From positions 1 to 45,281 of IMG/VR virus record IMGVR_UViG_3300017914_001375: a stretch of DNA of 45,281 nucleotides. One strand, 5' to 3'. This DNA comes from a virus. Its lineage: Duplodnaviria; Caudoviricetes. A model generated the notes under the pieces. It worked only from the letters and a program-made list of their open reading frames with translations. It had not been told where the DNA came from and ran no database searches. Positions 17,481 to 27,067 of this stretch are shown in pieces (position 1 is the first letter of the stretch; every line of letters starts with the position of its first letter). The position numbers and the translations under genes are program-made.

Positions 17481-17836
17481 TGAATGAAATAGAAAGACTA
17501 CAACAATTAGCAGGAATACAACAACCAGTTGTTGAAGCAGAAACAGGCGACGAAATTACCAAAACAGTTGCAGGTCACCCAGATGATGAGCGTGACATGA
17601 TTAAAAAGCAACTGTTTCAAATGGGTACATACTGTGTAGAACTATATAAAATGCTTGATAAATTACCAGACAATGTTGACTTTCCGCATTGGTGGCAAAG
17701 TAAACTTGTAAAAGCAAGTGAATATATTAGTAACTCAAAACATTATTTAGAAAACGAATTGAATGTGCCTGAGGACGATAACACAGAAGTATCGCCAGAA
17801 ATTGAAGACGACAGAGATCCAAGCGGCGTCAGTTAA
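17480..17836 (+). CDS. acidic hypothetical protein, probable head-associated
   Basis: RLQQLAGI N-terminus and PHWWQSKL..A..Y motif. Confidence 0.65.
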   Translation: MNEIERLQQLAGIQQPVVEAETGDEITKTVAGHPDDERDMIKKQLFQMGTYCVELYKMLDKLPDNVDFPHWWQSKLVKASEYISNSKHYLENELNVPEDDNTEVSPEIEDDRDPSGVS

Positions 17837-18684
17837 ATCCAGTTAGTATTTTCTACTAATTTACTTGCATAGTCGGGCCAAAACTTTCCAGCTCTTGGTC
17901 CACCATTACATTTACCATCACTCTCCCCGGGTATTTTAATCCACAAAAATGCATCACATTTTTCTTCTCCAGTATCGGTAGTTGGAGGTGTGCCTAATGA
18001 TCTTCCTGGAGGATTACACCAGTCGTTTCCATATGGACCGTTACCATTTCTACTCGTGTCTATAACAAAAGTATCATTTTCTCTGTGTTCACAAATTTGT
18101 AATGCCCAATTCATGCTTTCTTTTGTGGTTCTAAAATTGCTTACATTACAACTAAATCCTCTAACTCTTTCATTGGAAACTTTGTCAAGCAACTTTGCAA
18201 CTTCAGCAGCCGAAAGCCAATTACTGTGTCCTACATCAACGTAAACAAGAGCATCAGATTCAGATGTGAGTATTTCGAGTCCTTCTTTCATTAACGATAG
18301 CCTAGGCTCTGCAACGGACTTGTCCATGAGTGTACTGTGAGGTATTGCATCAGGTTCATAAATTACAATAGGACTTTTGCCTTTGATTCCTCTACAAAAT
18401 GCATGTATAAAATCCAAATAAGATTCACGTGATTGTGCTCCGCCTTTACTGTGATGCCCAACATCTCTGTCTGGAATGTTATAGATCACTAACACAGGTA
18501 AGTCTGGTTCGCAACGTTTCATTAAACGTCCCAGGCCTTCATCTATGTGGCAGGTGTATTTGCCTTTGCGATCACCGTACCAAAAACTTACAGGATGATT
18601 GAATATTTTTGCTACTAGTGGGTGAGTTTTTCTGTGGTCTTTTACTCTGTCAAAGTTGTTGACCCAGAACGGGTAATCAAGCAT
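17833..18684 (-). CDS. glycoside hydrolase family 6 (endoglucanase-like)
   Basis: YNIPDRD, EPD, GHSNWL, NVSNF, IDTSRNGNG, WCNP and WIKIPGESDG signature blocks. Confidence 0.93.
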   Translation of the reverse strand: MLDYPFWVNNFDRVKDHRKTHPLVAKIFNHPVSFWYGDRKGKYTCHIDEGLGRLMKRCEPDLPVLVIYNIPDRDVGHHSKGGAQSRESYLDFIHAFCRGIKGKSPIVIYEPDAIPHSTLMDKSVAEPRLSLMKEGLEILTSESDALVYVDVGHSNWLSAAEVAKLLDKVSNERVRGFSCNVSNFRTTKESMNWALQICEHRENDTFVIDTSRNGNGPYGNDWCNPPGRSLGTPPTTDTGEEKCDAFLWIKIPGESDGKCNGGPRAGKFWPDYASKLVENTNWI

Positions 18685-19270
18685 CGCTGTTAGCCTTTTG
18701 TATTTTTTTAAAAAGTTTTTCTCTTTTATCGTATGCTCTACGCAATTTCATTTCACTAACTTTGTCTAAATACAATTCGCCTTTGATATGATCAAATTCG
18801 TGCTGGAAGCATCTTGCATCTATGCCGTCCATCCATGTTTCTACTTGTGTTTCCCCATCGTTTTTGTAGTATCTCACTTTGATTTTTTCAGGTCTTGTGA
18901 TATGCATAAACAGCAACGGAAAACTCAAACAGCCTTCTTCCATTACTACTGTGTTATCACTAACTTCAAGTATTTCTGGTTTGTATATTCCTATATCACC
19001 CATAATACTGTGAGTCATAACAAACATATTGTAACTGCTTCCTACTTGTGGAGCGGCTAAACCAATACCAATTCTGTCATGCATTAGTTTAAACATTTCT
19101 TGTTCACGTTCAGCCCAGTTGATGTCACTGCCAAAAGGATCTAAATTGGCCATTTTGTGTAGTGCTGGGTGCTTAGGTTCTACTAATTCGCAATTCCAAT
19201 CTTCTAGTATAAAAGATGCTGAAATATCTGTAGAACTTGCGTATTTGTCGTAAGGATTATATGTGCTCAT
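18677..19270 (-). CDS. def: peptide deformylase
   Basis: GIGLAAPQ, EGCLS and QHEFDH motifs. Confidence 0.95.
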   Translation of the reverse strand: MSTYNPYDKYASSTDISASFILEDWNCELVEPKHPALHKMANLDPFGSDINWAEREQEMFKLMHDRIGIGLAAPQVGSSYNMFVMTHSIMGDIGIYKPEILEVSDNTVVMEEGCLSFPLLFMHITRPEKIKVRYYKNDGETQVETWMDGIDARCFQHEFDHIKGELYLDKVSEMKLRRAYDKREKLFKKIQKANSDA

Positions 19271-19302
19271 ACTACTATTTACACCTTTGCAGTGTATTTT
19301 TA

Positions 19303-19722
19303 CTAAAACATTGATACATATCTGTCAAACAGTTTGGTTTCTAAATCAAATGCTTCTTGTTCCCATGGTTGCTTTTCAATGCCTCTGATCAAACTCATGT
19401 CCACGCCTTTCCAAACATGACCACTACCAGTTAATTCGCCTTTGATAAACTGTTTTGCATGCACTAATTCGTGGCATAATGTGAGCATTTGTTCATTAAA
19501 ACTGTATTCGTAATCATAACTTTTTCTAGCAATGTTGATATGTACTTCTTCATTGTCGCCATAACAATCTCCTGCTACGTTATTATCGCACTCGTTGACA
19601 AACGACACAGTAATATCAACATCTTTGGTTGTTCTAGGCATTAATCGGTGTAGAATGTCCACACACATGAATTGCACTCTTTCTTTATGCTTTACTCTGC
19701 CTAAAATTTCAACATCGAACAT
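19303..19722 (-). CDS. putative HEXXH zinc metallopeptidase
   Basis: TLCHELVHAKQ...PWEQEA. Start chosen at MFDVEI (uncertain). Confidence 0.7.
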   Translation of the reverse strand: MFDVEILGRVKHKERVQFMCVDILHRLMPRTTKDVDITVSFVNECDNNVAGDCYGDNEEVHINIARKSYDYEYSFNEQMLTLCHELVHAKQFIKGELTGSGHVWKGVDMSLIRGIEKQPWEQEAFDLETKLFDRYVSMF

Positions 19723-20018
19723 ACTTTTTTGTAACCTTTCTTTAATTTGTTTAACCACGCATATTCTTTATGGTCGTTGTATATGCTATTTAACCTTATA
19801 TACTCAGAATCAGTCGGCGGAACAACTAGAACATCGCCTTTTTTGTATTCTTTACCTTCGTATTCACCGTCTGCATGAAATACTACTCTCTTGCCGCCGT
19901 GATTATAGTAGTAAGCCACCCTGCCATTACATGCTTCTAGACAACTTAGTTTATCACCTTGCTCCAAGTATTCAAAATCTTTGAGAATGCGTTCTACTTT
20001 GTTCGTATATTGTGTCAT
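19701..20018 (-). CDS. hypothetical protein
   Basis: 105-aa ORF directly below a sigma70-like promoter. Confidence 0.7.
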   Translation of the reverse strand: MTQYTNKVERILKDFEYLEQGDKLSCLEACNGRVAYYYNHGGKRVVFHADGEYEGKEYKKGDVLVVPPTDSEYIRLNSIYNDHKEYAWLNKLKKGYKKVCSMLKF

Positions 20019-20024
20019 TCAAAC

Positions 20025-20053
20025 ATTATTACACAAAATATTCAAAAAGTCAA
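20025..20053 (-). promoter_or_regulatory. sigma70-like promoter (leaderless)
   Basis: TTGACT-17-AATAAT with extended TG, 6 nt before ATG 20018. Confidence 0.6.
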
Positions 20054-20904
20054 TCTGTTTTAATACCTAAAATTCGTTCTCTTGTTTCATCAGTTACGGG
20101 TTCTATGGCAATGTTACCGTTATTTGTGATATAATCAAAATCTTCTATGTCGTACAAACTTAAAAGTTCTAATCTTTGCTCTATTGTGCAACTTTCCCAA
20201 GTAGGATACTTTTCAACTGCTTCATACGTGTGAGCAAAAAAAGATCTAGGATCTAGCACACGATGCATATCTGCTGGTCTTGTCATAATTGCGTCCATCC
20301 ATGGTAAAGATGACGACACAAAGTAGTTCTGACGTTTAGCAAACTCCAACATGTCCACATGACACTCTTTAGTGTCTCGGGAATCCACAATAAATCTATC
20401 GCACATACCTTCGAACACTTCAAAACTAGAAACCAGCATGTGATCCATCATTCCTACATTTCTGTTGCCGTGTCTATCTAATAAATTTGTAAACATTGTG
20501 GTATACAGTGTGTTTTCTTGAATAGGAGTTATTGGGCATTTTGCTACTCTAGCCGGGCGTCCTGGTAAGACATCTGGTCTTGAATCAAATATTGCATCGT
20601 ATGGTGTTTGTTTGTGTTGTTGCCTAACATATGGCACAATGTGTAAACTCAACATTGCAGGACCGCCCCAGGATGTGTATTCTCTGTCATGATAATCAAC
20701 ACGTTTGAATATTTTTAATTCTTTTTGACCTCTTTCAAAAGTATCTCGTACTTTTGCTGCTCTTAGACGTGGTGTATTCCATGTAGAAAAATAATAATCT
20801 ACATTTTCAGCAATACTATCATAAAATTCAAATGCTGCAGGTGCATTATACTGCCAAGTTCTCACATGGCCACGTAAAACAACAGCAATGTTTTTAAATT
20901 TCAT
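20050..20904 (-). CDS. hypothetical protein, glycosyltransferase-like
   Basis: IAVVLRGHVR, STW and YDAIFDSRPD motifs. ATGA overlap with the upstream small ORF. Confidence 0.55.
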   Translation of the reverse strand: MKFKNIAVVLRGHVRTWQYNAPAAFEFYDSIAENVDYYFSTWNTPRLRAAKVRDTFERGQKELKIFKRVDYHDREYTSWGGPAMLSLHIVPYVRQQHKQTPYDAIFDSRPDVLPGRPARVAKCPITPIQENTLYTTMFTNLLDRHGNRNVGMMDHMLVSSFEVFEGMCDRFIVDSRDTKECHVDMLEFAKRQNYFVSSSLPWMDAIMTRPADMHRVLDPRSFFAHTYEAVEKYPTWESCTIEQRLELLSLYDIEDFDYITNNGNIAIEPVTDETRERILGIKTD

Positions 20905-21068
20905 TTGTATTTGCTCCACCATTCTCTAGTAACTTTGTCTGTGGTTTTATGTGAATAGTATGCTGTGATTGCACCAAAAATAATTGGTGTTGCAAATATA
21001 CATAATAATCCTATAACGCCAGGATCTGATAATTGCGTTATTGCAATGTTTATTGTGTCTTGATTCAT
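20901..21068 (-). CDS. 55-aa single-pass membrane protein
   Basis: Not in the ORF track. Fills the gap with ATGA overlaps at both ends. Confidence 0.7.
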   Translation of the reverse strand: MNQDTINIAITQLSDPGVIGLLCIFATPIIFGAITAYYSHKTTDKVTREWWSKYK

Positions 21069-21898
21069 TGTAGAAGTCCGTTTAGTTTACAAAATTCGTA
21101 TAAGTAATCACCCCAAATTTTATGCCCTGTTGCATTTGGATGAAAAACTTCGAACACATTATTTATTCCGCCTTTGTGTACCATAACATGATGTGCTGTT
21201 GATAAGTCTGGGTGGTTTTTGTTTACGAAATATCTTTGATCAATGCTGTCCCACATAGCAGCATACGATTTGTCCATTTCCATATATTCTTGTCTATAAT
21301 CATTGTCTTTCCAGTCTTTGATCATTTGTTCGTGGTGGTGATAAAATGCCTGATGCATAACATATTTAATGTTCATAGATTTTAATAACATTTCTGTGAT
21401 CACTATTGTTTGTATGTACTTGTTAATAAATCCTTTTGCAGAACCAAACAAATCAAAATATAAATTATAAAACTGGTGTAGATCTTTGTTTTCAAATTCT
21501 TGTTCTAAACTCCATGGACCATATGGTGCATAATTATCTTCGCCCCACTTTTCTTTGTAATAATGTTCTGTGCGTTCAGGACTAGTCCATCCTATGCTAA
21601 CTAATAGATCTTGTGTATTGTGTGCATTGTATCCGTTAGCAAATAACCATTGTAAAAGTCTTCTCAGTATAGCATCGTTGCTCAGTGAAGGTATACTTAA
21701 ATCTACTATATCATCAATGCCTGCATGCTTTGCTAACACACCTACATATCTATGCTTTAATCTGTATGCAATATTTTCAGGCTTGCTTTGTCTTTCGAAA
21801 CCTCCGCCGGGCAAATTCATAATAGGGATTGGTTCAACAGCAGGATCTACTAGCTCTGCTCCCCAACACCAACTGTCGCCGCATGCAACTAACTTCAC
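21065..21898 (-). CDS. SGNH hydrolase-like protein
   Basis: GDSW block I and HPN..GH C-terminal block. Confidence 0.7.
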   Translation of the reverse strand: MKLVACGDSWCWGAELVDPAVEPIPIMNLPGGGFERQSKPENIAYRLKHRYVGVLAKHAGIDDIVDLSIPSLSNDAILRRLLQWLFANGYNAHNTQDLLVSIGWTSPERTEHYYKEKWGEDNYAPYGPWSLEQEFENKDLHQFYNLYFDLFGSAKGFINKYIQTIVITEMLLKSMNIKYVMHQAFYHHHEQMIKDWKDNDYRQEYMEMDKSYAAMWDSIDQRYFVNKNHPDLSTAHHVMVHKGGINNVFEVFHPNATGHKIWGDYLYEFCKLNGLLQ

Positions 21899-22335
21899 AA
21901 TAAATTCCTTATTTCTTCAACATAATCACTGCAAACACCATAACAGTTTATGTGCTTTAAACTTTCTAAATCATATGTCCATTCAGGCATGCAAATCACA
22001 GTCTCATCGTTTACTTCGCCTCGTACTGTCCAAATATACCCTTTACTGGTTAATGTATATTCATCATCCTGATGCCAAAAAGCATTCAATGATTTTAGTC
22101 TTCTAAGTGTTTCAAAATCTTTTGCATGTAACCATAGTCCAGACTGAGAAAGCCATTCGTATGTTACTTGATATTGAGGACTATCGTGTCCTAACATAAA
22201 TCCTAGTCTAGGTAAAAAATGTACATCAACTTCAGCACTATAACCCATTGAAAGTGCATACTCAATTTGCTTAGGAGTGTTTTCTAATTCAACATTAGGT
22301 CCTTTTGTTAAACCTCTGTGAGCAATCAATTCCAT
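21895..22335 (-). CDS. glycerophosphodiester phosphodiesterase-like protein
   Basis: IAHRG, EN, EVDV, LGHD and CSD motifs. Confidence 0.8.
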   Translation of the reverse strand: MELIAHRGLTKGPNVELENTPKQIEYALSMGYSAEVDVHFLPRLGFMLGHDSPQYQVTYEWLSQSGLWLHAKDFETLRRLKSLNAFWHQDDEYTLTSKGYIWTVRGEVNDETVICMPEWTYDLESLKHINCYGVCSDYVEEIRNLL

Positions 22336-23057
22336 GTGTCGGGTACTCCACTAAGTATTATGTGTTTAGTTTCATTGTAACCATTTTTTATTTTAAATGT
22401 AGTGCCACCGTTTTCACTATGTAATTTATTTGCTAATGGTTGATCAATACCATAGTCACCAAATTTATCACCAAAAAATGCTATTCTTGTTTTGCCATCC
22501 AAGAAAGGTGTTATTAAATCAAATACTTGTCCTTTATTAGCACCTCTCAGGCAAATATCTATGCTGATGTCGCCTCCAATAAAAACATCAAATCTCGGAA
22601 ATTTTCTTTTGAACTGTTTTGCTATTGCAAGCCTTTCTTGGTGTTCTGCATCAAATTGCTTGTATTGTTCTCTTTGCTCATTGGTTGCATTACGTCCAAC
22701 AACACTATAATTAACACTGCCGGGTCTGGTTACAATGTGTTCTCCTGTTCTCAACGGAAACTGACTTTGTTTCATTTTCATGTTCAAAAATGTTTCTTCT
22801 TCTAATGTAAAAGCAAACTCGTTTAAGGTCACTGTTCTGCCTTCTTGTGTAATACTGTTACCCATACAGTTTGCAACTATCAGTGCATCGTCGACAATTC
22901 TATCACCTATTTGTTCTCTGGTTCTTTCGAGTGTGCTTCCTGTTGCAAGTAAATATGTTTTGTCATGAAAATAACTCACAAACCAGTTTTCAAAATCGCT
23001 ATCAATGTTATGACCTGTATCTGTTAGTACTCCATCTACATCAAAAATATAAATCAT
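22326..23057 (-). CDS. HAD-IIB phosphomannomutase-like enzyme
   Basis: FDVDGVLT, GRNA...R, GG.ISID, K and FFGDK motifs. Confidence 0.82.
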   Translation of the reverse strand: MIYIFDVDGVLTDTGHNIDSDFENWFVSYFHDKTYLLATGSTLERTREQIGDRIVDDALIVANCMGNSITQEGRTVTLNEFAFTLEEETFLNMKMKQSQFPLRTGEHIVTRPGSVNYSVVGRNATNEQREQYKQFDAEHQERLAIAKQFKRKFPRFDVFIGGDISIDICLRGANKGQVFDLITPFLDGKTRIAFFGDKFGDYGIDQPLANKLHSENGGTTFKIKNGYNETKHIILSGVPDTWN

Positions 23058-23383
23058 TCTTTTCCTACAATTATTTTGTCTTTGCTATCGCCAGGAACTT
23101 TTACACAAAGTATTTTGCAATCTTGATGAAATACTGGGTCTGCAATCTCGCCCGGTTCTATTACAAATATATCTCCTGCTTTAAGTTCTGTATCACACAC
23201 ATTCATTTCTCCTTCTAATAACACATTATACTCTGTACCAACTGGATGATAGTGTGCAGGCCATTTTTCACCTTTAGGGTGTGTTAAAACACCAACTTCA
23301 AAATCTTTTGTCTCTAGTACACTCGGCTGAAAATCTCCTATAAACCAGCCTCGCCACATATCTGACATCTTACTTACTTTCAT
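23054..23383 (-). CDS. cupin-domain protein
   Basis: HYH....E.N...G...L..GDIF.I.P. Confidence 0.8.
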   Translation of the reverse strand: MKVSKMSDMWRGWFIGDFQPSVLETKDFEVGVLTHPKGEKWPAHYHPVGTEYNVLLEGEMNVCDTELKAGDIFVIEPGEIADPVFHQDCKILCVKVPGDSKDKIIVGKE

Positions 23384-24068
23384 AATACTTTTCTAAATCG
23401 TCGGGTGTGCCAATAAAACTAATATCTTTATCGGTAATATTAGTACAACCTACATGTAATCCTTGTTCAATTAAATAGTTAAACGTAGTGCTGATATAAA
23501 ACTCGTTCAGAGATCTGTTATCTTCAGCAATTAATTTTTTTGCACTCTCTACAAAATACTTACCTTTTTTCCAATAGTGTATTCCTGTTAGTGCATTGTT
23601 ACTTATAACTTGTTTTTCTACTACATTGGTAACTTTTCCGTTTTCTATTTGTGCATAACTGTGCTTGGGGTCGTCACTATTAATAGTAACCAATCCTGCA
23701 TCATATTGCCTTAAAGATTCTAACACTTCTGGTGCATTCCAGTGCATAACTTGATCACAGTTAGCAATAATAAGTTCGTCGTCATTATTGATCTGGTTTT
23801 CAATCAGTAGCACAGACTGCACAGCACCTTCTGTAATGTAATTTATTTCTTTGAAGTAGCAAGAAGGTGTGGTTTTTTTAAGTTCCTGTGTAACTAAAGG
23901 AGTATGGTTGTACTCGGGTAAGATATAGTGATATGTACCTTTAAGTGCTAAGGTTTTAACCGCAAGTACAACCATAGGTAAATCGTCTACAGGTATATAA
24001 GGTTTGGGTTGATCATAGATGTGCTTGAATCTGCTGCCAGCACCAGCAGCGGGTATCACTATATTCAT
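23370..24068 (-). CDS. sugar-phosphate nucleotidyltransferase
   Basis: IPAAGAGSRF, PKP, NCDQ, VEK and GTP motifs. TAAATA-5 nt-ATG. Confidence 0.88.
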   Translation of the reverse strand: MNIVIPAAGAGSRFKHIYDQPKPYIPVDDLPMVVLAVKTLALKGTYHYILPEYNHTPLVTQELKKTTPSCYFKEINYITEGAVQSVLLIENQINNDDELIIANCDQVMHWNAPEVLESLRQYDAGLVTINSDDPKHSYAQIENGKVTNVVEKQVISNNALTGIHYWKKGKYFVESAKKLIAEDNRSLNEFYISTTFNYLIEQGLHVGCTNITDKDISFIGTPDDLEKYYESK

Positions 24069-24092
24069 GCTAATATTTATTTTGCAGGAAGG

Positions 24093-24746
24093 CTACAAAT
24101 AGTCTTTTAACGGCAGTACAACATCTCTTATCTTAGGCCCTCTGCCGTTGTAACCATGTTCTTCTTCGCGTAAAACTTCTTTCCACGAAGATATATTGAA
24201 GCCCATGCTTACTCTTAATTCTGTTGATGTATTTTTTTGTGCCCAGTGTGGTATGTGAGCAGGCATGAACACATAGTGTCCATCGAAATTTTTTAGTGCT
24301 GTTACTTCACGCTGACCGTTTAATTCGCCTGATGCATAGTAAGTGTGAGTGCCAGTGTCCTTGATTACCCAGTAACCATGCCACTCGCCATAATGTTTGT
24401 GAGGATTAATGGCTTGTCCTTTAGGCCATATGTTGATCCAACTTTTAAAATAAAAGTCTAAAGGATTTTCTCCCATTTCTTCTAAACATTCAACAATAGT
24501 TGGAAACAGAAATTGAAGTTGTGGAAACTGGTGCATACATACATAATCATGATATGTAGCCCAGTCTGTTTTGATATAGTTAAAGTCTTCATCTTTTTCT
24601 ACATCCATGCACCCTGGGTACAACTCCTCTCTGCGACTGATTATTTCTTGATAAATTTCTGTAAGATTATCAGGTATTATCTTACCCTCAATTAGAGGGT
24701 AATCAAATAATTTTCTATGGTTAAGTTCTTTTTCTAATATCTGCAT
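24093..24746 (-). CDS. putative 2OG-Fe(II) oxygenase
   Basis: WINI......HKH...PH...RVSMGFN. Confidence 0.75.
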   Translation of the reverse strand: MQILEKELNHRKLFDYPLIEGKIIPDNLTEIYQEIISRREELYPGCMDVEKDEDFNYIKTDWATYHDYVCMHQFPQLQFLFPTIVECLEEMGENPLDFYFKSWINIWPKGQAINPHKHYGEWHGYWVIKDTGTHTYYASGELNGQREVTALKNFDGHYVFMPAHIPHWAQKNTSTELRVSMGFNISSWKEVLREEEHGYNGRGPKIRDVVLPLKDYL

Positions 24747-24759
24747 GTTTATTCATTAA

Positions 24760-24835
24760 TGGAGCGGGAAACCAGGTTCGAACTGGCGACCTATACCTTG
24801 GCAAGGTATCGCTCTACCAACTGAGCTATTCCCGC
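24760..24835 (-). tRNA. tRNA-Gly(GCC)
   Basis: GCGGGAA..TTCCCGC-TCCA, anticodon loop TTGCCAA. Confidence 0.97.
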
Positions 24836-24854
24836 TTACACAGATATTTAGTTA

Positions 24855-26063
24855 CTAGAACTGATCTGACTCTGTACTATCGGCCATCGCAGCAACACTG
24901 TTTGCACCAACTGCTTGACTGATCAAATCAAAATAACCAACGCCAACTTCTCGTTGGTGTTTCACAGTTGTGAAACCATCTGCTTGTGCTTTAAATTCAC
25001 GTTCTTGTAAATCACTGAACGCCAGCATGCCGTTTTCTTTGTACTGTTTTGCAAATTCAAACGTTGCATAGTTTGTTGCGTGGAAGCCAGCCAATGTAAT
25101 AAACTGAAATCTAAATCCTAGTTTACTTAACTCCCACTGGAAGTCTTTGAGTTCTTCACTGCTTGGAATACTTCTACGCCAGTTAAAACTAGGTGAGCAG
25201 TTGTATGCTAACATTTGATCTGGGTAAGCACCTCTTACTGCATCTGCAAAGTACTTTGCTTCTTTTAAACTTGGTGTGCTGGTTTCACACCAAATCAAAT
25301 CTGCATATTCTGCGTATGCTTGACCTCGTTCTGCACCGTATTCCATACCGCCGTTGATTTTGTAAAAACCTTCCTCAGTGCGTTCACCTGTAGCAAACTT
25401 ACGATCAATTTCATCAATATCATTGCTTAATAATTTAGCACTTTCAGCATCTGTTCTTGCAATAATAACTGTGTCTGTTTCTGCAACATCACTTGCAAGT
25501 CTAGCCGCATTCAAGTTTCTAATTGCTTGACTAGTAGGAATAAGAACTTTACCACCTAAGTGTCCACACTTCTTTTCACTTGCAAGTTGATCTTCGAAGT
25601 GTACAGCTGCGGCACCTGCTTCGATTAAATTTCTTGCAAGTTCGTAGGCGTTTAATGCCCCGCCGAACCCTGCTTCTGCGTCAGCGATGATAGGCGCAAA
25701 GTTAAAACCCTCTCCGCCTTCTGACACTTCAATATGATCTTGTCTGCGAAACGCATTATTAATGCTACGCACCACATTTGGAACACTATCCACTGCATAT
25801 AAACTTTGGTCAGGATACGTTTCATTCGTAGAGTTATTAGCCGCTGCGACTTGCCATCCACTACAGTATATAGCCTTAAGTCCCGCCTTAACGTGTTGTA
25901 CAGCCTGTTGACCATTGTATGCTCCAAATGTATTGATATATGGGTTTGTTGCTAACAGTGTTCTTAATTTTTTAGCACCTAACTTTGCCAGTGTGTGTTC
26001 AATTTTTACTGAGCCTTGTAATTGCCTAACTTGCTCAGATGTGTAGTCCCTTTTATTTCCCAT
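24855..26063 (-). CDS. aceA: isocitrate lyase
   Basis: [39 protein letters not shown] and HQREVG. True start MGNKR at 26063 because the longer ORF overlaps tRNA-Ala. Confidence 0.97.
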   Translation of the reverse strand: MGNKRDYTSEQVRQLQGSVKIEHTLAKLGAKKLRTLLATNPYINTFGAYNGQQAVQHVKAGLKAIYCSGWQVAAANNSTNETYPDQSLYAVDSVPNVVRSINNAFRRQDHIEVSEGGEGFNFAPIIADAEAGFGGALNAYELARNLIEAGAAAVHFEDQLASEKKCGHLGGKVLIPTSQAIRNLNAARLASDVAETDTVIIARTDAESAKLLSNDIDEIDRKFATGERTEEGFYKINGGMEYGAERGQAYAEYADLIWCETSTPSLKEAKYFADAVRGAYPDQMLAYNCSPSFNWRRSIPSSEELKDFQWELSKLGFRFQFITLAGFHATNYATFEFAKQYKENGMLAFSDLQEREFKAQADGFTTVKHQREVGVGYFDLISQAVGANSVAAMADSTESDQF

Positions 26064-26086
26064 GATTGGTCTGTCCTTATCTGTTA

Positions 26087-26162
26087 TGGTGGAGCCGACA
26101 GGGGTCGAACCTGCGACCTTCTGGATGCAAACCAGACGCTCTCCCAACTGAGCTACGGCCCC
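26087..26162 (-). tRNA. tRNA-Ala(UGC)
   Basis: GGGGCCG acceptor with G3:U70, loop TTTGCAT. Confidence 0.97.
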
Positions 26163-26174
26163 GTGATGTAATTC

Positions 26175-26180
26175 TATTTA
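26175..26180 (-). promoter_or_regulatory. late promoter upstream of tRNA-Ala and aceA
   Basis: TAAATA 12 nt before the tRNA. Similar placements at 24845, 27428 and 33909. Confidence 0.55.
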
Positions 26181-26210
26181 GTTTGACCTCTAGGTAGGGT
26201 AGTACTATAA

Positions 26211-26284
26211 TGGCAGGCGACCAGGGATTCGAACCCCGACTAAAACTTTTGGAGAGTCCCGTGCTACCGTTACACCAGTCACCT
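26211..26284 (-). tRNA. tRNA-Trp(CCA)
   Basis: AGGTGAC..GTCGCCT-GCCA, loop CTCCAAA. Confidence 0.93.
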
Positions 26285-26294
26285 GTAATTCAAT

Positions 26295-26385
26295 TGGCGG
26301 AGAAGATGAGATTCGAACTCATGAAAGGCTACTAACCTTTGCTGGTTTTCAAGACCAGTGCATTCAACCACTCTGCCACTTCTCC
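26295..26385 (-). tRNA. tRNA-Ser(UGA)
   Basis: Long variable arm, loop CTTGAAA, G73 discriminator. Confidence 0.96.
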
Positions 26386-26387
26386 TG

Positions 26388-26654
26388 TTACTCTTTGTGC
26401 TGTTCTATCTTCTCTCTGAACAGTGCAATAGCATGTTCCAAGCCAGCAATGGTTTTTTCTAACTTTTCAACATCTGCTGGCCGAATGGTGTTACTACCTG
26501 GAACAAGGTGATATCCAATATTGCGTTCAACAATTTCTTCCCAACTTTCTACACCTTCAAAGTTAGGTTCACATGCTGTACCTAAATACAATGCTCGAGT
26601 AATACCCTCAGGTTCTACATCAGCATACAAATCAATTTCAAGTTCTGCTTTCAT
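26388..26654 (-). CDS. hypothetical protein
   Basis: Tightly coupled ORF in the tRNA operon. Confidence 0.7.
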   Translation of the reverse strand: MKAELEIDLYADVEPEGITRALYLGTACEPNFEGVESWEEIVERNIGYHLVPGSNTIRPADVEKLEKTIAGLEHAIALFREKIEQHKE

Positions 26655-26869
26655 TATTCAAACCTCTCGTATCCTAAGTGTTCACCTTTATCAAAATGGT
26701 AACCAATCGCTTTCATAAATTGTTCTAAAACTTCAACCATATCATCTCTAGACAAATCCTTTTCCATTACTTCAATCGTTACTCGTGTATTCGTTGATGA
26801 CTCACACTCGTATGGATTACAAACTAATGTAATGTACGGTTTATCTGATGCAGGTTTATAATCATTCAT
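26654..26869 (-). CDS. hypothetical protein
   Basis: 71-aa ORF with F.KAIGYHF motif. Confidence 0.7.
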   Translation of the reverse strand: MNDYKPASDKPYITLVCNPYECESSTNTRVTIEVMEKDLSRDDMVEVLEQFMKAIGYHFDKGEHLGYERFE

Positions 26870-27053
26870 TATTATCTTTCTTCTTCAAAGTGTAACCAGG
26901 ATATTCTCCGGTTTCTTCACATATTAAGGTTTCTTCCCATTCGAGCTCGTCACCTAGGTCCCAGCCCATCTCTGCTAACAGTTCATCAGGGATAGGTAAA
27001 ATCAGATCTCCGGTATCTGGATCTTCTTGAACTTTCACTATGTACTTACTCAT
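26862..27053 (-). CDS. AbrB/MazE-like DNA-binding protein
   Basis: GDLILPIPDELL..MGW..GDELEW, AGGAG RBS. Confidence 0.7.
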   Translation of the reverse strand: MSKYIVKVQEDPDTGDLILPIPDELLAEMGWDLGDELEWEETLICEETGEYPGYTLKKKDNNE

Positions 27054-27067
27054 TGCTTCTCCTAATT

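Noticed and set aside
26064-26147. N-terminal extension of isocitrate lyase in the ORF track
   Set aside because: It overlaps tRNA-Ala. The ATG at 26063 has an AAGGA RBS.
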